Part shown: positions 35,496 to 47,400 of the stretch, piece by piece
How positions within the stretch are numbered: position 1 is the stretch's first letter
How the letters are laid out: each line of letters opens with the position of its first letter
Position numbers and translations under genes: made by a program
The notes under the pieces: generated by a model
Databases searched by the model: none
Seen by the model: the letters and a program-made list of their open reading frames with translations, nothing else
What the model was told of the DNA's origin: nothing
Virus record (IMG/VR): IMGVR_UViG_3300044624_003554
Location: 11,566-75,565 of that record
Length of the DNA stretch: 64,000 nt
Source of the DNA: a virus
Taxonomy: Duplodnaviria; Caudoviricetes
Direction: 5' to 3' (one strand)

Positions 35496-38400
35496 TACAA
35501 AATTCCTCCTCTAATTTCTATGCAGACGTTATTATTTTCGGAAAAACATAAATAATAAGGATTTGAAGAAATCAAATTACCAACACAATATTTTATATAC
35601 CCAGCACTATTTTGTATTTTACCCTCTGAATTAAAATTGTCACTAAATGAAACATTTTTTGATCCGACTCCATCGTTCCAACAAATGCAAGAAATAAAAG
35701 TTAAATCTGGAGATAAAAATTTAATAGATTTTTCTTGGAAATTCGCAATATCATAAACAAAATAATAAAAATTATTTAATCCAGATTCATTAATTTCATC
35801 ACAGTATTTCATTAAACTCTGCGTATATATAGGTTCCTTTATATCTAGAAGTGGATAGTTTGTTGAAAATTTAATTGGCTGTACTCCACTAAAAATATAG
35901 TTTTTGCTAAAGCTCAAACATTTACCACTTAATGTTTGATTAATACTTTCGGAATCAATGTTTATAGAAAACTGACTTGGGAAAATTGAAACATTTGAAT
36001 TTATTAAAAAACCAGTTTCTATATTTAGAAAAGTTCCATCTTCATTATATAGATAAACTTCGCCAGTTGCGCCGCCAATATAAGAAAATCCCGTTGTTGA
36101 AAAATTTAAATTTTTACTTAAATTTTTCTCTGAACATAGTGCGCCAGATTCACAATGAATAAAACAATCATTAAAATTTAAAAAATTTACTATAGGCAAT
36201 ACATAAGAGTATCCATCTCCAGATTTTAATTTGTATGGAAATGGATCTATAGAATTGGAATCTCTACAAGAGATTTTTTGATCTATAATAAAATTGCCAC
36301 TCCCATTCGGAATTTGCATACAGCAATCATAAAAATCATTTTCTAGATCTATCATTAAAAAATTATATTCCGAAGAATTGTAACAAAAGCTCGAATAATT
36401 ACATTGATGAATGTTTCCACAGTTCAATTCATTTGCAATAAAAAACAATAAATTATTTAATCCGTAATATCTATCTGAATTAAAATTACTATAAGGGTCT
36501 AAATACAATGTTACCGAGTCTTCTATTTTTATACCATAGCAAGAAGATAAATATGTATTTGGAGATTCAAAACCATTACTAGAAACATTGTAAATTTTAG
36601 GAATATGAAAACAAATTAAATTACAACAACCACAAGAAAAGTTAAATTCAATCCCACTATAACTTAAAACTAAATTTGAGTTGCATATTTTTTCGTAAAC
36701 TTCAGAATTAGATATTACTTTTAATTTATCCAAACTTAAAGCTTGGATCGGAAAATCTAAAGTTGTTGAATTTCCAGAAGTGACAAGAGTTATATTTATT
36801 GAAGATTCTGGTATTTCGTATACTAAATCTTTATAAATGATACAGCATACTGGAAAATATCTATATTCAAGACCGCTATAAAAAAAACTTTTTTCAAAAT
36901 TACCAATTTGAGGTATAAAAAATTCACTAATATCAGAACCGCTTTTGCATAAAATTGAATTTGTACAAAATCTATTTTCGCAATAATTTAAACATAAATA
37001 ATAATCTAGCGGTTTATTATCTATAAAAAGTTGATCTGAACACGAAACTATTTGAGAGTAATTAAAAAATTCTCCAGTAGAAAAACAATATCCAGAATCA
37101 ACAAATTTTCCAGAAATTCCAGTATTAAAACAAAATGATGAATTTGCAAGTTCATAACAATACGAATATGGAAAAACTTCACAACTCGGCAAAAACATAC
37201 AATTTCTATTTATACTTTTATTTTTTAATGACGCAATAGAAAAACCAGAATTTAAATTAATATTTATATAAAATTTATCACAAGAATTTCCAGTAAAGCA
37301 ATATTCTGTTGTTGGCTGAATTACACAGCATCCAGAAAACTGAATAATGGAACAAGGATTTGAAGCGGTTAATAGTAACAGATTTTGATTTGAATCTCCA
37401 GAAATTCCAGAATACTGATATTTATATTTAAATATTTTTTCTGAAGATAAATTTAAATCATATAAAAAACATATTTTTGTATCTTTATCAATTGTTGTAG
37501 AGAAAAAATTACAATAAAAATTAGAGCCAGTTGGATAAGCAAAATATAAAAACTTATCATTGCAGTAAACATGCAAGCAATTAATTGCTATGCAGTAATT
37601 ATATCTATTTTCTCCAAATTCAGAAAACGAACTGATTCCACTGTCAATAATTTTATCAGAACCAGAAAGCATCAAAGTTAAATTAATTTCATTATCAACT
37701 AGTGAAGATGTGGAAAATTCTTTATATGGAAAAACTGGATTGCATATCCAATCAAAATTCAACGATAAATCAGAATATCCAGTATTATTAAATCCAGAAG
37801 CGCATGGAGAAAAATTTGATCCAAATGGATGGCATGAATTTGTGTTCATGTATTGAACATATCCAAGTAGTCCATTAAAATTGTCAAAAGTATTTGATTT
37901 ATTTCCTAATATTAATTTATTCGTTCCAGATTGAGGCATTGGAATTCCATTGCAGTCAAAACCAGAAAATATACACTTTAGATCTCCGTTTATCCAAATG
38001 CAGCCAGTACAACTATAAACATCCAATGCAAAATGATTCCATTTATTTAATTGCAGTCCTAATTTTACAAAAAAACCACATTCATAATTTTCACATATTA
38101 ACGTAGCTGGCACAAATGAATTTACGCAATCCACGCACTGGTGATACCACCCAGAATCTAAATCCCCAGATAAAAGACCTAAAAATACAATTTCTCCAGT
38201 TATATTTTGATTACAATTAATATAACCACTACATGAAAGCGGTGGTAATATTCTTGAAATACAATCTGAATTATAAATAGATTGGTTTTTAATATATCTA
38301 AAACTATGCATGCATCCAAATAAACCGCATCCAATGTAATTTGGTGAATTATTTGAAACAGTAAAACAGCATGTATTACAAACTCCAAATACACAACAGT

Positions 38401-39604
38401 AATCGACATAAATTCTTATGCATCCATTATTTTTCGATATAGCAAAATGCTGCCATTCTCCTGTTTTTACATAACATCCAGTATTCCAATCATGGTGACA
38501 ATTACCTAAAATTAACGGAGCATATCCACCACCTAAATTTAATTCTATTCCATCAAATTTTAAAAATGAACTTCCATCTAAACAGTCATTTTTTGAAAAA
38601 AATTCAATTGTAAAATTATTTGATGGCAAATATAGCCCACTATTATTATCCGTATATATTCCAGCATATCCATTCACAAGCGCATCAAAAAAAATTGCAT
38701 CAGTATTATAACATAAGTCATAGAAACAAGAATCGCCACTACCAACAAGAATTCTGTCGCATTTAAAACCAAGCAAAGAAAATGGAATATTTGAATCTAA
38801 ATATGCCGCATTAAAAATACCACTTCCAGTTGGTGCGCAATTTAATTTAAACCAAGATTGAAAATTAAAATTTCCGCCAGTTATATCAAAGCAAGTTGAT
38901 TCCCCTGTTCCAGATGGAATAACTAAATATTCTTCATCTTCAATTAGTAAACTAAAAAAATTTCCAGAGCTTGGGCTTTCGTAGGCTCTTGTCGTGCCTG
39001 CATTTTCTATTAAAAAATTATTATTTCCACAATCAACATAATCAACTTGAATTCCAGATATATTTTGATATGTAAAAATTGGATGATTATCAACGCAACA
39101 TATCGGATACAAACCACAAGAATTTTTTTCTGTTAAATTATTTATTTTGTAAAAATATCCAAAATCAAAATTACCGCTTGAAAAATAAGACGAACCATCT
39201 TGATCAACATACAAATTTAAAATAATATTTTCTTTTGGTTTTAATAAAAAATTAGAAAAAGAACAAGAATATTTTTTATTTATTTTTTGACCTTCGTATT
39301 CAAAATATGAACCGCTAGAGCCATCATGTGCTGAACATATATTTAGATCAAAACTTCCAACATTCCTAATGTATAAAAATGGTTTTGTTACTGCATCTAA
39401 AAATATAGCTTTTCGCTTTACAGATTCGTCTATAAATATTACAGAATTGCTTTCTGAGCATATTTCATAAAATGGCAATAAATTGTCACAAAATGAAATG
39501 CAATAAGTCGGACCATTAACACAAATAAGTTCATTAAAATATTTGCTTTTTGTATCGGCTGAAAAATCCCAATCAATATTTAAATTCTGTAGTGGGTATG
39601 CCAT
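35495..39604 (-). CDS. Cys-rich tail/baseplate protein with LamG/concanavalin-like domains (1369 aa)
   Basis: FTIEFF...WQHFAISKNNGCIRIYVD and WNHFAL LamG-type strands; about 84 Cys by manual count. Confidence 0.6.
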   Translation of the reverse strand: MAYPLQNLNIDWDFSADTKSKYFNELICVNGPTYCISFCDNLLPFYEICSESNSVIFIDESVKRKAIFLDAVTKPFLYIRNVGSFDLNICSAHDGSSGSYFEYEGQKINKKYSCSFSNFLLKPKENIILNLYVDQDGSSYFSSGNFDFGYFYKINNLTEKNSCGLYPICCVDNHPIFTYQNISGIQVDYVDCGNNNFLIENAGTTRAYESPSSGNFFSLLIEDEEYLVIPSGTGESTCFDITGGNFNFQSWFKLNCAPTGSGIFNAAYLDSNIPFSLLGFKCDRILVGSGDSCFYDLCYNTDAIFFDALVNGYAGIYTDNNSGLYLPSNNFTIEFFSKNDCLDGSSFLKFDGIELNLGGGYAPLILGNCHHDWNTGCYVKTGEWQHFAISKNNGCIRIYVDYCCVFGVCNTCCFTVSNNSPNYIGCGLFGCMHSFRYIKNQSIYNSDCISRILPPLSCSGYINCNQNITGEIVFLGLLSGDLDSGWYHQCVDCVNSFVPATLICENYECGFFVKLGLQLNKWNHFALDVYSCTGCIWINGDLKCIFSGFDCNGIPMPQSGTNKLILGNKSNTFDNFNGLLGYVQYMNTNSCHPFGSNFSPCASGFNNTGYSDLSLNFDWICNPVFPYKEFSTSSLVDNEINLTLMLSGSDKIIDSGISSFSEFGENRYNYCIAINCLHVYCNDKFLYFAYPTGSNFYCNFFSTTIDKDTKICFLYDLNLSSEKIFKYKYQYSGISGDSNQNLLLLTASNPCSIIQFSGCCVIQPTTEYCFTGNSCDKFYININLNSGFSIASLKNKSINRNCMFLPSCEVFPYSYCYELANSSFCFNTGISGKFVDSGYCFSTGEFFNYSQIVSCSDQLFIDNKPLDYYLCLNYCENRFCTNSILCKSGSDISEFFIPQIGNFEKSFFYSGLEYRYFPVCCIIYKDLVYEIPESSINITLVTSGNSTTLDFPIQALSLDKLKVISNSEVYEKICNSNLVLSYSGIEFNFSCGCCNLICFHIPKIYNVSSNGFESPNTYLSSCYGIKIEDSVTLYLDPYSNFNSDRYYGLNNLLFFIANELNCGNIHQCNYSSFCYNSSEYNFLMIDLENDFYDCCMQIPNGSGNFIIDQKISCRDSNSIDPFPYKLKSGDGYSYVLPIVNFLNFNDCFIHCESGALCSEKNLSKNLNFSTTGFSYIGGATGEVYLYNEDGTFLNIETGFLINSNVSIFPSQFSINIDSESINQTLSGKCLSFSKNYIFSGVQPIKFSTNYPLLDIKEPIYTQSLMKYCDEINESGLNNFYYFVYDIANFQEKSIKFLSPDLTFISCICWNDGVGSKNVSFSDNFNSEGKIQNSAGYIKYCVGNLISSNPYYLCFSENNNVCIEIRGGIL

Positions 39605-39605
39605 A

Positions 39606-40622
39606 TTATACTATATAATAATAATCCAAATTATCTATGTTATCAATAAATATATTTGGACTTGGTTCTTCAATTAATTCCATTTCAATAGAATGGCAAT
39701 TTTCATATTTAAAAACATGAGTCCATCTTGTGCATATAAAAACTTTACTTGCTTTTAAAAAAAATGGATACTCATATATGAATCTCCTATAGCCGCATTT
39801 TTTTTCTAAAAAGAAAATAATTGACCTACACTCAATATCATCTATATTTTCAAATTTTAAAGATATTTTTTTTAATGCGTTTGAATTATTTTTATGTTTT
39901 ATCGTTTGTATAAATGAATTTTTAAAATCCATTTTATAAAAATCTAATTGATTTGAAAGCTCAAAGGGAAGCTTATGGTCATGATTAAAGTTTTTAGTCC
40001 AATTCTGCAGTGAAAATGCCGTATTTTGAGCTATGTCATTTTTTGCAAACCAAAAATTATCTATTTTATTTCCAGTGTAATTTTTGGCATTTGCGATAGA
40101 ATTTGGATCTATATATACGAATTGATGTCTTTTATAAGATTTTTCTTGATCAAATAACGTATCAGACGAAGTTACATTTGATAAGATTGAACTAGTTCTC
40201 CAATTTAAAAGCGGAGCTTTTATGTAAGAAAGTAAAGATACATTTAATTCATTTAAATTATTTCCTCCAGAATTTTTATTTATAGAATAAGCTTCAATTA
40301 CCCCAATTATATCTTTATAAAAATCAGAAGGATCTTTAAATTTTAAATTTTTATAACCTCCAGCAACTTCTATTGTTTTGAGTAAATTTCCAGCATCATT
40401 ATCGTTTAGTAGAAATTTAAATGAATAATTTATTGTTATATTATTTTCCGAAGCAGGTAGTATTTTTAAAGAATTGTCAACAGTTTCTAGGAAATTTAAT
40501 CTTGAAGAAAATGATACAGAAGATCCATAAATAGGTTTGTATACACTTAAATCATTTATATAAGTGTACGAATCGCTTACAGAAGAATCTCTGTTATAAA
40601 GAAATGGATTATTATAAGCCAT
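39606..40622 (-). CDS. Distal tail protein (lambda gpM/Dit-like), internally duplicated
   Basis: Two similar halves (YSFKFL...LKFKDP; ISLKFE...IIFFLEKKCGYRRFIYEYP...FICTRW...IEMELIE) in the usual position downstream of the tape measure. Confidence 0.6.
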   Translation of the reverse strand: MAYNNPFLYNRDSSVSDSYTYINDLSVYKPIYGSSVSFSSRLNFLETVDNSLKILPASENNITINYSFKFLLNDNDAGNLLKTIEVAGGYKNLKFKDPSDFYKDIIGVIEAYSINKNSGGNNLNELNVSLLSYIKAPLLNWRTSSILSNVTSSDTLFDQEKSYKRHQFVYIDPNSIANAKNYTGNKIDNFWFAKNDIAQNTAFSLQNWTKNFNHDHKLPFELSNQLDFYKMDFKNSFIQTIKHKNNSNALKKISLKFENIDDIECRSIIFFLEKKCGYRRFIYEYPFFLKASKVFICTRWTHVFKYENCHSIEMELIEEPSPNIFIDNIDNLDYYYIV

Positions 40623-41427
40623 AAAATCCTAAAAAGTCGTGTTTAACATCAAGGGTATTTTGGCTTGCAATTGAAACTGTAGAATTTATTAATTTAGATT
40701 TTCTTATTGGCAATTTAAAAAAAGAAGACGATCCAGAGACAATGATATCAAAATCTCTAAACCCATCGTCATTTTTTGAAAAATCAATTTCTTTTGAATT
40801 GTTTGGAATTTTTGAACTTAAAGAAATTTGTATTTGTAATGGCAAAATCGGACAAACTTCAGTCGGCTCTTTTTGTCCAACAGAATAATATGGTTGCCTA
40901 TTAATTGTTAAGCTGTAATTAAAACCATATATATTGTATTTTTCCTTTAGATTTTGATCATAAAGTCCAGATATGCTTATTGAATTTAATTTTGGAATAT
41001 CTAGTGGTTTAGAATTAATTGATCCTCCATCAAAAAATTCAATTTGTTTTAAATCAGATCCATATGATATGAATTCGGTGGAAATTTTAGGCAAATCTCC
41101 AACAGAAAAAGATGCGGAATAAGTTTTTAAAAAAAGATTTGTAATTGAATAGTAATTGTTTCCATCATATATTCTAAATTCTCTTACTGGATTTAATCCA
41201 GTATAATCAAACATGTTGTCATAATTAACAAAACTTCTATTAATTAAAACCTGTATTTCCTCTGGAGCATTTACGCTATAGGCGGCGTCAATTCCACCCA
41301 ATGAAAAATGTTGATCATAAGATAAATTTTTTTGTAAATTTAAATCATTAATTCCATCTAATTCGTAGAATGAATCTCCAGCAATTCCAGACAAGTAATA
41401 TAGTTTATAAATTGATGAGTCTATCAT
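40612..41427 (-). CDS. Tail-tube-fold paralogue following the tape measure
   Basis: NLFLKTYSASFSVGDLPKISTEF and FNYSLTINRQPYYSVG...LPLQIQISLS match tube-protein motifs. Confidence 0.55.
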   Translation of the reverse strand: MIDSSIYKLYYLSGIAGDSFYELDGINDLNLQKNLSYDQHFSLGGIDAAYSVNAPEEIQVLINRSFVNYDNMFDYTGLNPVREFRIYDGNNYYSITNLFLKTYSASFSVGDLPKISTEFISYGSDLKQIEFFDGGSINSKPLDIPKLNSISISGLYDQNLKEKYNIYGFNYSLTINRQPYYSVGQKEPTEVCPILPLQIQISLSSKIPNNSKEIDFSKNDDGFRDFDIIVSGSSSFFKLPIRKSKLINSTVSIASQNTLDVKHDFLGFYGL

Positions 41428-44400
41428 TATCTTAACATGCCCCCTAATCTTCTCTCATCTTTTAAAACAGTTAAAACTACTTCTTTTATTCTCCTTGCCA
41501 ATTCTTTATTTTGTTGATCTTGTCTTGAGTCGCTATTTTGATTTTCTGTTTTTTCTCCTTTTCCATCAGAATTTACAGATATATTAATTGTTCCAACACC
41601 AGCTATTTTCTCTACAAGTTCTTCCAATTTAGCTTCTATTCTTGATGCCATTTCTCCAGTATTGCCAGATATTTCGCCAGTTGAATTTAATTTTTGTAAA
41701 TTTCCATAGCCAGTTTTTTGTGCAGCTTGTTTAGAAACAACAAATTCTCCACCATTTAACATTGCTGGAACATTATCACCCATTCCATTGCCAGCTACAT
41801 ATCCGCCAGCAGCTCTTCTGACTACTGGAATTGCCATCGGCGCAGTTCTGCCATTATATACAGACCTGTTTCTTCCATAAAATGAATCAAAATAAGTTCC
41901 AGAATTTAATGCAGTAGGAGTTCCTAGTTTATCATAGGATGCGCCTAATGGAAATTGAGCATTGTAGGTATCCATACTCATTCTTGAATATGAATTTGTT
42001 TTATTGTTCCAGCTATACAATCCGCCACCTTGTTGACCTAAAGCGCCAGCTCCAATTGTTGAGAAATCCTTGGTTGCAGAACTGTTGAAAATATTTGCCA
42101 ATCCACCTCTACTTTCGCCGCCAAAAGATCCTCCTGTAAATGCTCCCGTAAATTTTTCTCCAAATGTCGCCGTCCTACCTTGTAAAGCTGCTGCTTGTTT
42201 GGTTGCACTTACACCTTTAGACATTGCGCTTCCAGCATAACTAACTCCAGCCATTATAGCTGTTGTTGCTAATTGGGTGACTAATGCTCTCTGAGCTTGT
42301 TTTTTAGCTTCTTTTTTAGCTTTTTCCCATTCTTCCATTTGTCTCTTGTATTCTTTTTCATTTTCAAAATCCATTCTTATCTTATCTTTGGAAGTTTGAT
42401 AATCTTGAAAGTATAAATCTAAAGCTTTATTTTTGGATTCTAAGTATTGAGTATTTCTAACGTTGCCTTGATCGCGAAGAGCAAATAATGAAAGATTTCC
42501 ACTTCCTCCAGCAATGTCAATTGAAGCAGAGTTGCCAGATGATGAAATTTTATCGTATTGAGTACCAACTGTTTCTTGAGTCGCAAATGAAAGTAAATTT
42601 TTCTGTCCAATTATTGCTCCTTGACCATAGCTTCCAGGCATGAAGAAGCCATTCTGTCCAGTCTGTTGATTTTGGTTATAAAAATTTGTTTGAGCCTTTA
42701 ACAATGCATCTTGCTTATCTTCTTCTTTTCCTTGATAATTTTCAATACCAGTCACCTTTCCGCTTTGATCGAATGAAAGACCAGCCATTCTATTCTCGCC
42801 ATAAGTAGTATATTTGTTTGGATTTCTGATTAAATCATTCAAATCAGTCTCTTGCATTCCATATGGCATGACTGGTCCACCAGCGGCAAAACCTTTCAAT
42901 TTTCCAGAATTAAGTTTTTCAAAAAAATCTTTTCCATATTTATTTACAACATCTTTTCTAATAACGTATTCGCCACCCATTAACATTGCTGGTACATCAT
43001 CTTTAACTCCAGAACCGCCTTCAATTTCGCCTCCAGAAGCAAAACCAAGCGCTCCAGCAAGACCAGTTCCAGCTTGACCATTTCCAAAAATACCACTAGT
43101 AATTCTATTCGCTGCGTTAGTCATTAATGCTTCATTGATTTTATTTACGAACGCTGAAGCGACACCCATTAATCTTTCTCCTAAAGACGCAGTAGAACTT
43201 GGATCTGACAAAACCCTCATTGCATCAACTAGTCCATTTCTGAAATCTGTTGGAATTTGTTTTCCAAGTTTTCCTTGGAATTTAGTAATTTCGTCATCTA
43301 TATCTCTTAATCCAGAGCGAAATCCCTTTCCGAATTGTTCCTCTTGCGCAAATCTTTCATTAACTGTTCTTGTTTTATTCAAAGCAAGTTGATTTATATT
43401 TTGAGCTCTATCTACAAACGGAAGCGGTTGATCTTGATTAAATACTAAGGATGCATTTTTTTGAGAAAATTTATCTTTTTCTTGTTGAGCTTTTTCTTTT
43501 AAAGCTAAAGTTAACTCTTCTATTTTTATTGGTAATTCTTCCGTATATTTTAGGATCGCTTCTTGATCTGCGCTTATGGGTCCAGTTTGATTTTTTATTA
43601 TTTCAGCTTGTGGAGATAATGCATTAAAATCTTCCCTATATTTTTCTAGTTCAGCTTTCTTTAAAGAAAATTTTAACTCTTCATTTCTTGAATTACTTTG
43701 AACTTTATCTATTGGAGATGGAAAGGCTTTTCCTTCTTCTGTTGTTTTACTGCCAAAGCCTAAAGTTTTTAAATCTAAACCTTCAGGTTTAGATTCATTT
43801 TGCGCTATTTTCTTTCCTGTGACGAAAGATGCTCCAGCACCTAATATAATCTGTCTAAATTCTTTTGCCGCTTCTACTACTTGTTCTGCAAATGGATCTT
43901 TTTCCAATCCATACATTTTGTCTATGTTTCTATCTTCAATTGATTTGAGTATTTCTGGTCCTGTTTTTTCTCCTGTTAAAAAGCTATTTATTTCTGAAAG
44001 AGACGCGCCTCTAGACTGCAAAGTTTTGATTCCAGCTTGTCTGGACTGCAATGATCTTTCTTGCATTCTATCGGTATTTTCCTGCAATCCTCTTGTTCTT
44101 TCTTCTCCGATATTTCTATATGCAGCAGATTTTTCTGCTTGATATGGACTTAGTTGCGTTTGATAAAATTCAAATGCAGAATCTCTTAATTTTTGCTGCC
44201 AATCTCTTTCTTCTTTTCTGAGGTCGATTGCTTTTTGTGCATTTGTAATTTCCGCAGCTGTTAATTCTAATTTCCTATCTAATGCTCTTTTTTCTTGTGC
44301 AAAAATTAATTGCTTAATTGTTTGTTCTGTTTGAGCATTGATTAAAGCTTTAGGATCTTGAACAAAAGTTTGGCCAATCATTAGATTTGGAGCAGCAGCA

Positions 44401-47400
44401 GCACGAGCGGGAAGTCCAGATTCAGTTCTAGCGCTAGTAGGCAATTCTTCTTTAAAAACTCTACCTGCGGCAATTCGCGCTGCTGGTGTAACAGCGCCAG
44501 AACGCTCTATTTGATTAAAATAATCATTTGATGATTCAAATCCTTTTGCAATATTAATTTGAGCTTGAATATCTGATTCAGAAACCGAATTTAGTATTTT
44601 AAATATTTCTTCTCCAACCGCCTTTCCTGCTTCTTGCGCTTTAATAAAGAATGCATCTCCAGCTTTAATAACCCTATCATTTATACTTTGGGCTTCTTTA
44701 TCCAGAACTGTTTGAAGCGCTTGTTCTAAAGATTGATAATCTTGGGCTTCTGTTATTTTTTGAACATCGCTTGCATTTGCTCCTCTTTGAAAGGCAATGT
44801 TTAATGCATTTAATCTGTCAGCTAATAATGCTGATTGTCTTTGGATTTGATAATCCTCCATTTGTCTTGGCCCACTTGTAGCCAATGATCTTTCTAGATC
44901 TAATCTTTCTTTTACAGAAGGATCTTGATTTGGCGTTGCCAAGGTTCTGGTTTCGTATTGAATGTCGCTTATTTTTCTAACTATATCTAATCTCTGCCTG
45001 TCTTGATCTAATAATTTTTGATTTATACTTAATCTTGCGGTTAAAGATTCTCTTATAGTTGTTTCTATAAAGTTGTCTTTTGTTGCAATTGCTAATCTTT
45101 GATTTTCTATTAGAATTGCATCTCTTCTTGCAGCTTGTTGGCTACGAGTAAGTTTTTGTGAAAATTCTAACTGCCTAACTTCTTGCTCTAAATAACTTAA
45201 ATATTGTTTTTTTTCAGCACTTAACTCTTTACTTCCGTTAACTGAAGATTTTATCGCTTTGACTTCATCTTGTGCAAATTTAATTCTTTGTTCATCAGTA
45301 GTTTGAGGATTGTATACATTTTGTGCAAATTTTTCCATTGCAGCAGTTCTTGTTGTGGCATAGTTTTCTGGCAAAGAAGTGCCTAGTCTTGTTATTGCAG
45401 TATTCTGTATATTTTTTACAAAATCAAAAGCAGCACTTCCAAGCTGTTCGTTTGTTTGTCTTTCTTCCTGCTTTAATCTTAACTCAGCTTCAAGATTTGC
45501 TTTTTCTTGCGCGTTTACTGTTAATAATTCTTTTTTAAGCGCTAGATTGTTTTCTTCTGCAGAAGCATATGAAAGTATAACTTTTTGAAGTTCTCCAAAT
45601 ACATTTATTTGAGCTTTTAAAGTTTCTGCTGGAATTAAAAATGATTCAGCAATAAAAGTTTTTACTAAATTTTCTACTCCAACTTTTTTGGCATTATCTT
45701 GGAAACTTTTTTGCAAATTTCCAAAAAATTTATCAAAATCTATTCTTCCAGAACTCACTTGTTTTGCAACAAATTCTTTTATTTCTTTGTTTGCTTCGTC
45801 TATTGTAAGTTCATTTGCTTTGACTTTTGAATTTATTTTTTCTTTAAAATCTTTAAAAGTTTTAGATTTATCAACTTCTTCAAGCTGCAAATTTAATCTT
45901 GAATTTGTTGGTACATCACTTCTTTTTTGAAACGCTTGCATTTCTGCAAAACTTCCGAATTTTATCATTGATTTGTCTGCAATTTCATTTATTTTTTCTG
46001 CAACCATTTTATCTATTATTTCGGTTTGTGTAATTTTTTTATTGCCTTTTTTTCTTTCTGTTGTAAACTCTCTTTCTGCATCTGGTTGCACCATTTGAGT
46101 CAAACCTGAAAGTATACCTGTATTAACAGAACCCTCTAAACCCAAAGATTCAAGCGCATTTTTTGTTTTTTTAGTTTTATCTAAAGGATTTATATTTTGA
46201 AAATTAAACGTTCTATCAAAAGCTGTCGCAGCTTCAAAAGTTCCAACTTTTTTAACAAATGATTCAGATTTAGCTTTTTGTTCTTCAGTTAAATTTAAAG
46301 TATAGGTTTTTTGGATATCATTCAATCTTCCAAGCGCATCAGCAGTTCGATCTACAGTTTCTCCATATTTTTTATATACGCTATTTCCTATATCAAGAAT
46401 TTTATATGTTGCGTAAATTGCAGCTGCTGGACCAGCTAAACCCGCTGCAATACCACCAATAGCCCCAGAAACACCAACTCCAGCAGTTCCAGCTACTCTT
46501 GAAAAATTTCCAGCTATTGATAAAGAAGATCCTAATGAAGGCGCTCCTTCTCTACCAGCACCACCAAGTCTTAAAGCTTTTCCTACCCCAGAGCTTCTAT
46601 CTTTTGTAAATCCCTCTAATACTTCTTTTCCCTGAGTGAATAACAAAACAACAGAAGAAAGTTCACTTAAAACTTCCGCTGCTACTTTTCCACTTTCTCC
46701 CAAAGAACTTATAGCTCCACTCACTAGTGAAATTGCGCTCTGCCATTTAATTAAAGTATATAAAGAATCTTGTACTGTTTTTGTTTGTTTTTCGTTTGTT
46801 GTTTTTCTATTTTGAGCATCTTTACCTTCTTGAACAGTGTTTTGAGTTGAAGCTTTTGATTCTTTTTGATTTGTATTTGTGACCTCATTTCCACTTGAAG
46901 TAATTTTATCAAAAACTTGATATACAGCTTCTCCACTCACTCCCAAATTTTCAGCAATTTTCTTAAATGCAGTATCAAGATCTGTCGATGAATATTTTAA
47001 ATTCTCAAGAGCTTCTTTTATTGCATTGAATAAATCGCCATTCATTCCAGACGGAGCTGAAAAATTTGGAACTCTACCATCTGGTTCGTCACGATTGTTT
47101 ATGACCGCATATCCGTCTGGATTTTGCGGTCCGCGCACGCGAGCGTCTTGAACGACTTTAATCGCTGACAATGGCAAGCCAGATTCTTTTTGTTCACGAT
47201 CTATTGCATTTAAAATTGCTTGTTTTGAAAAATTTGGAATGTATCCTTTTGCAGCAGTTCTTTCTGGAGCATCTTCTGGCGGCGGACCTTTATACCCATA
47301 CTTCAAAAAGTCTTCCCTTCTTTTCATTTTTTTAGGGAATTTTCTCTTAAGTTCAGCTTCTGTTTTAATCCTATTTAATTCTGCTTCAGGTTCTTGAGCT

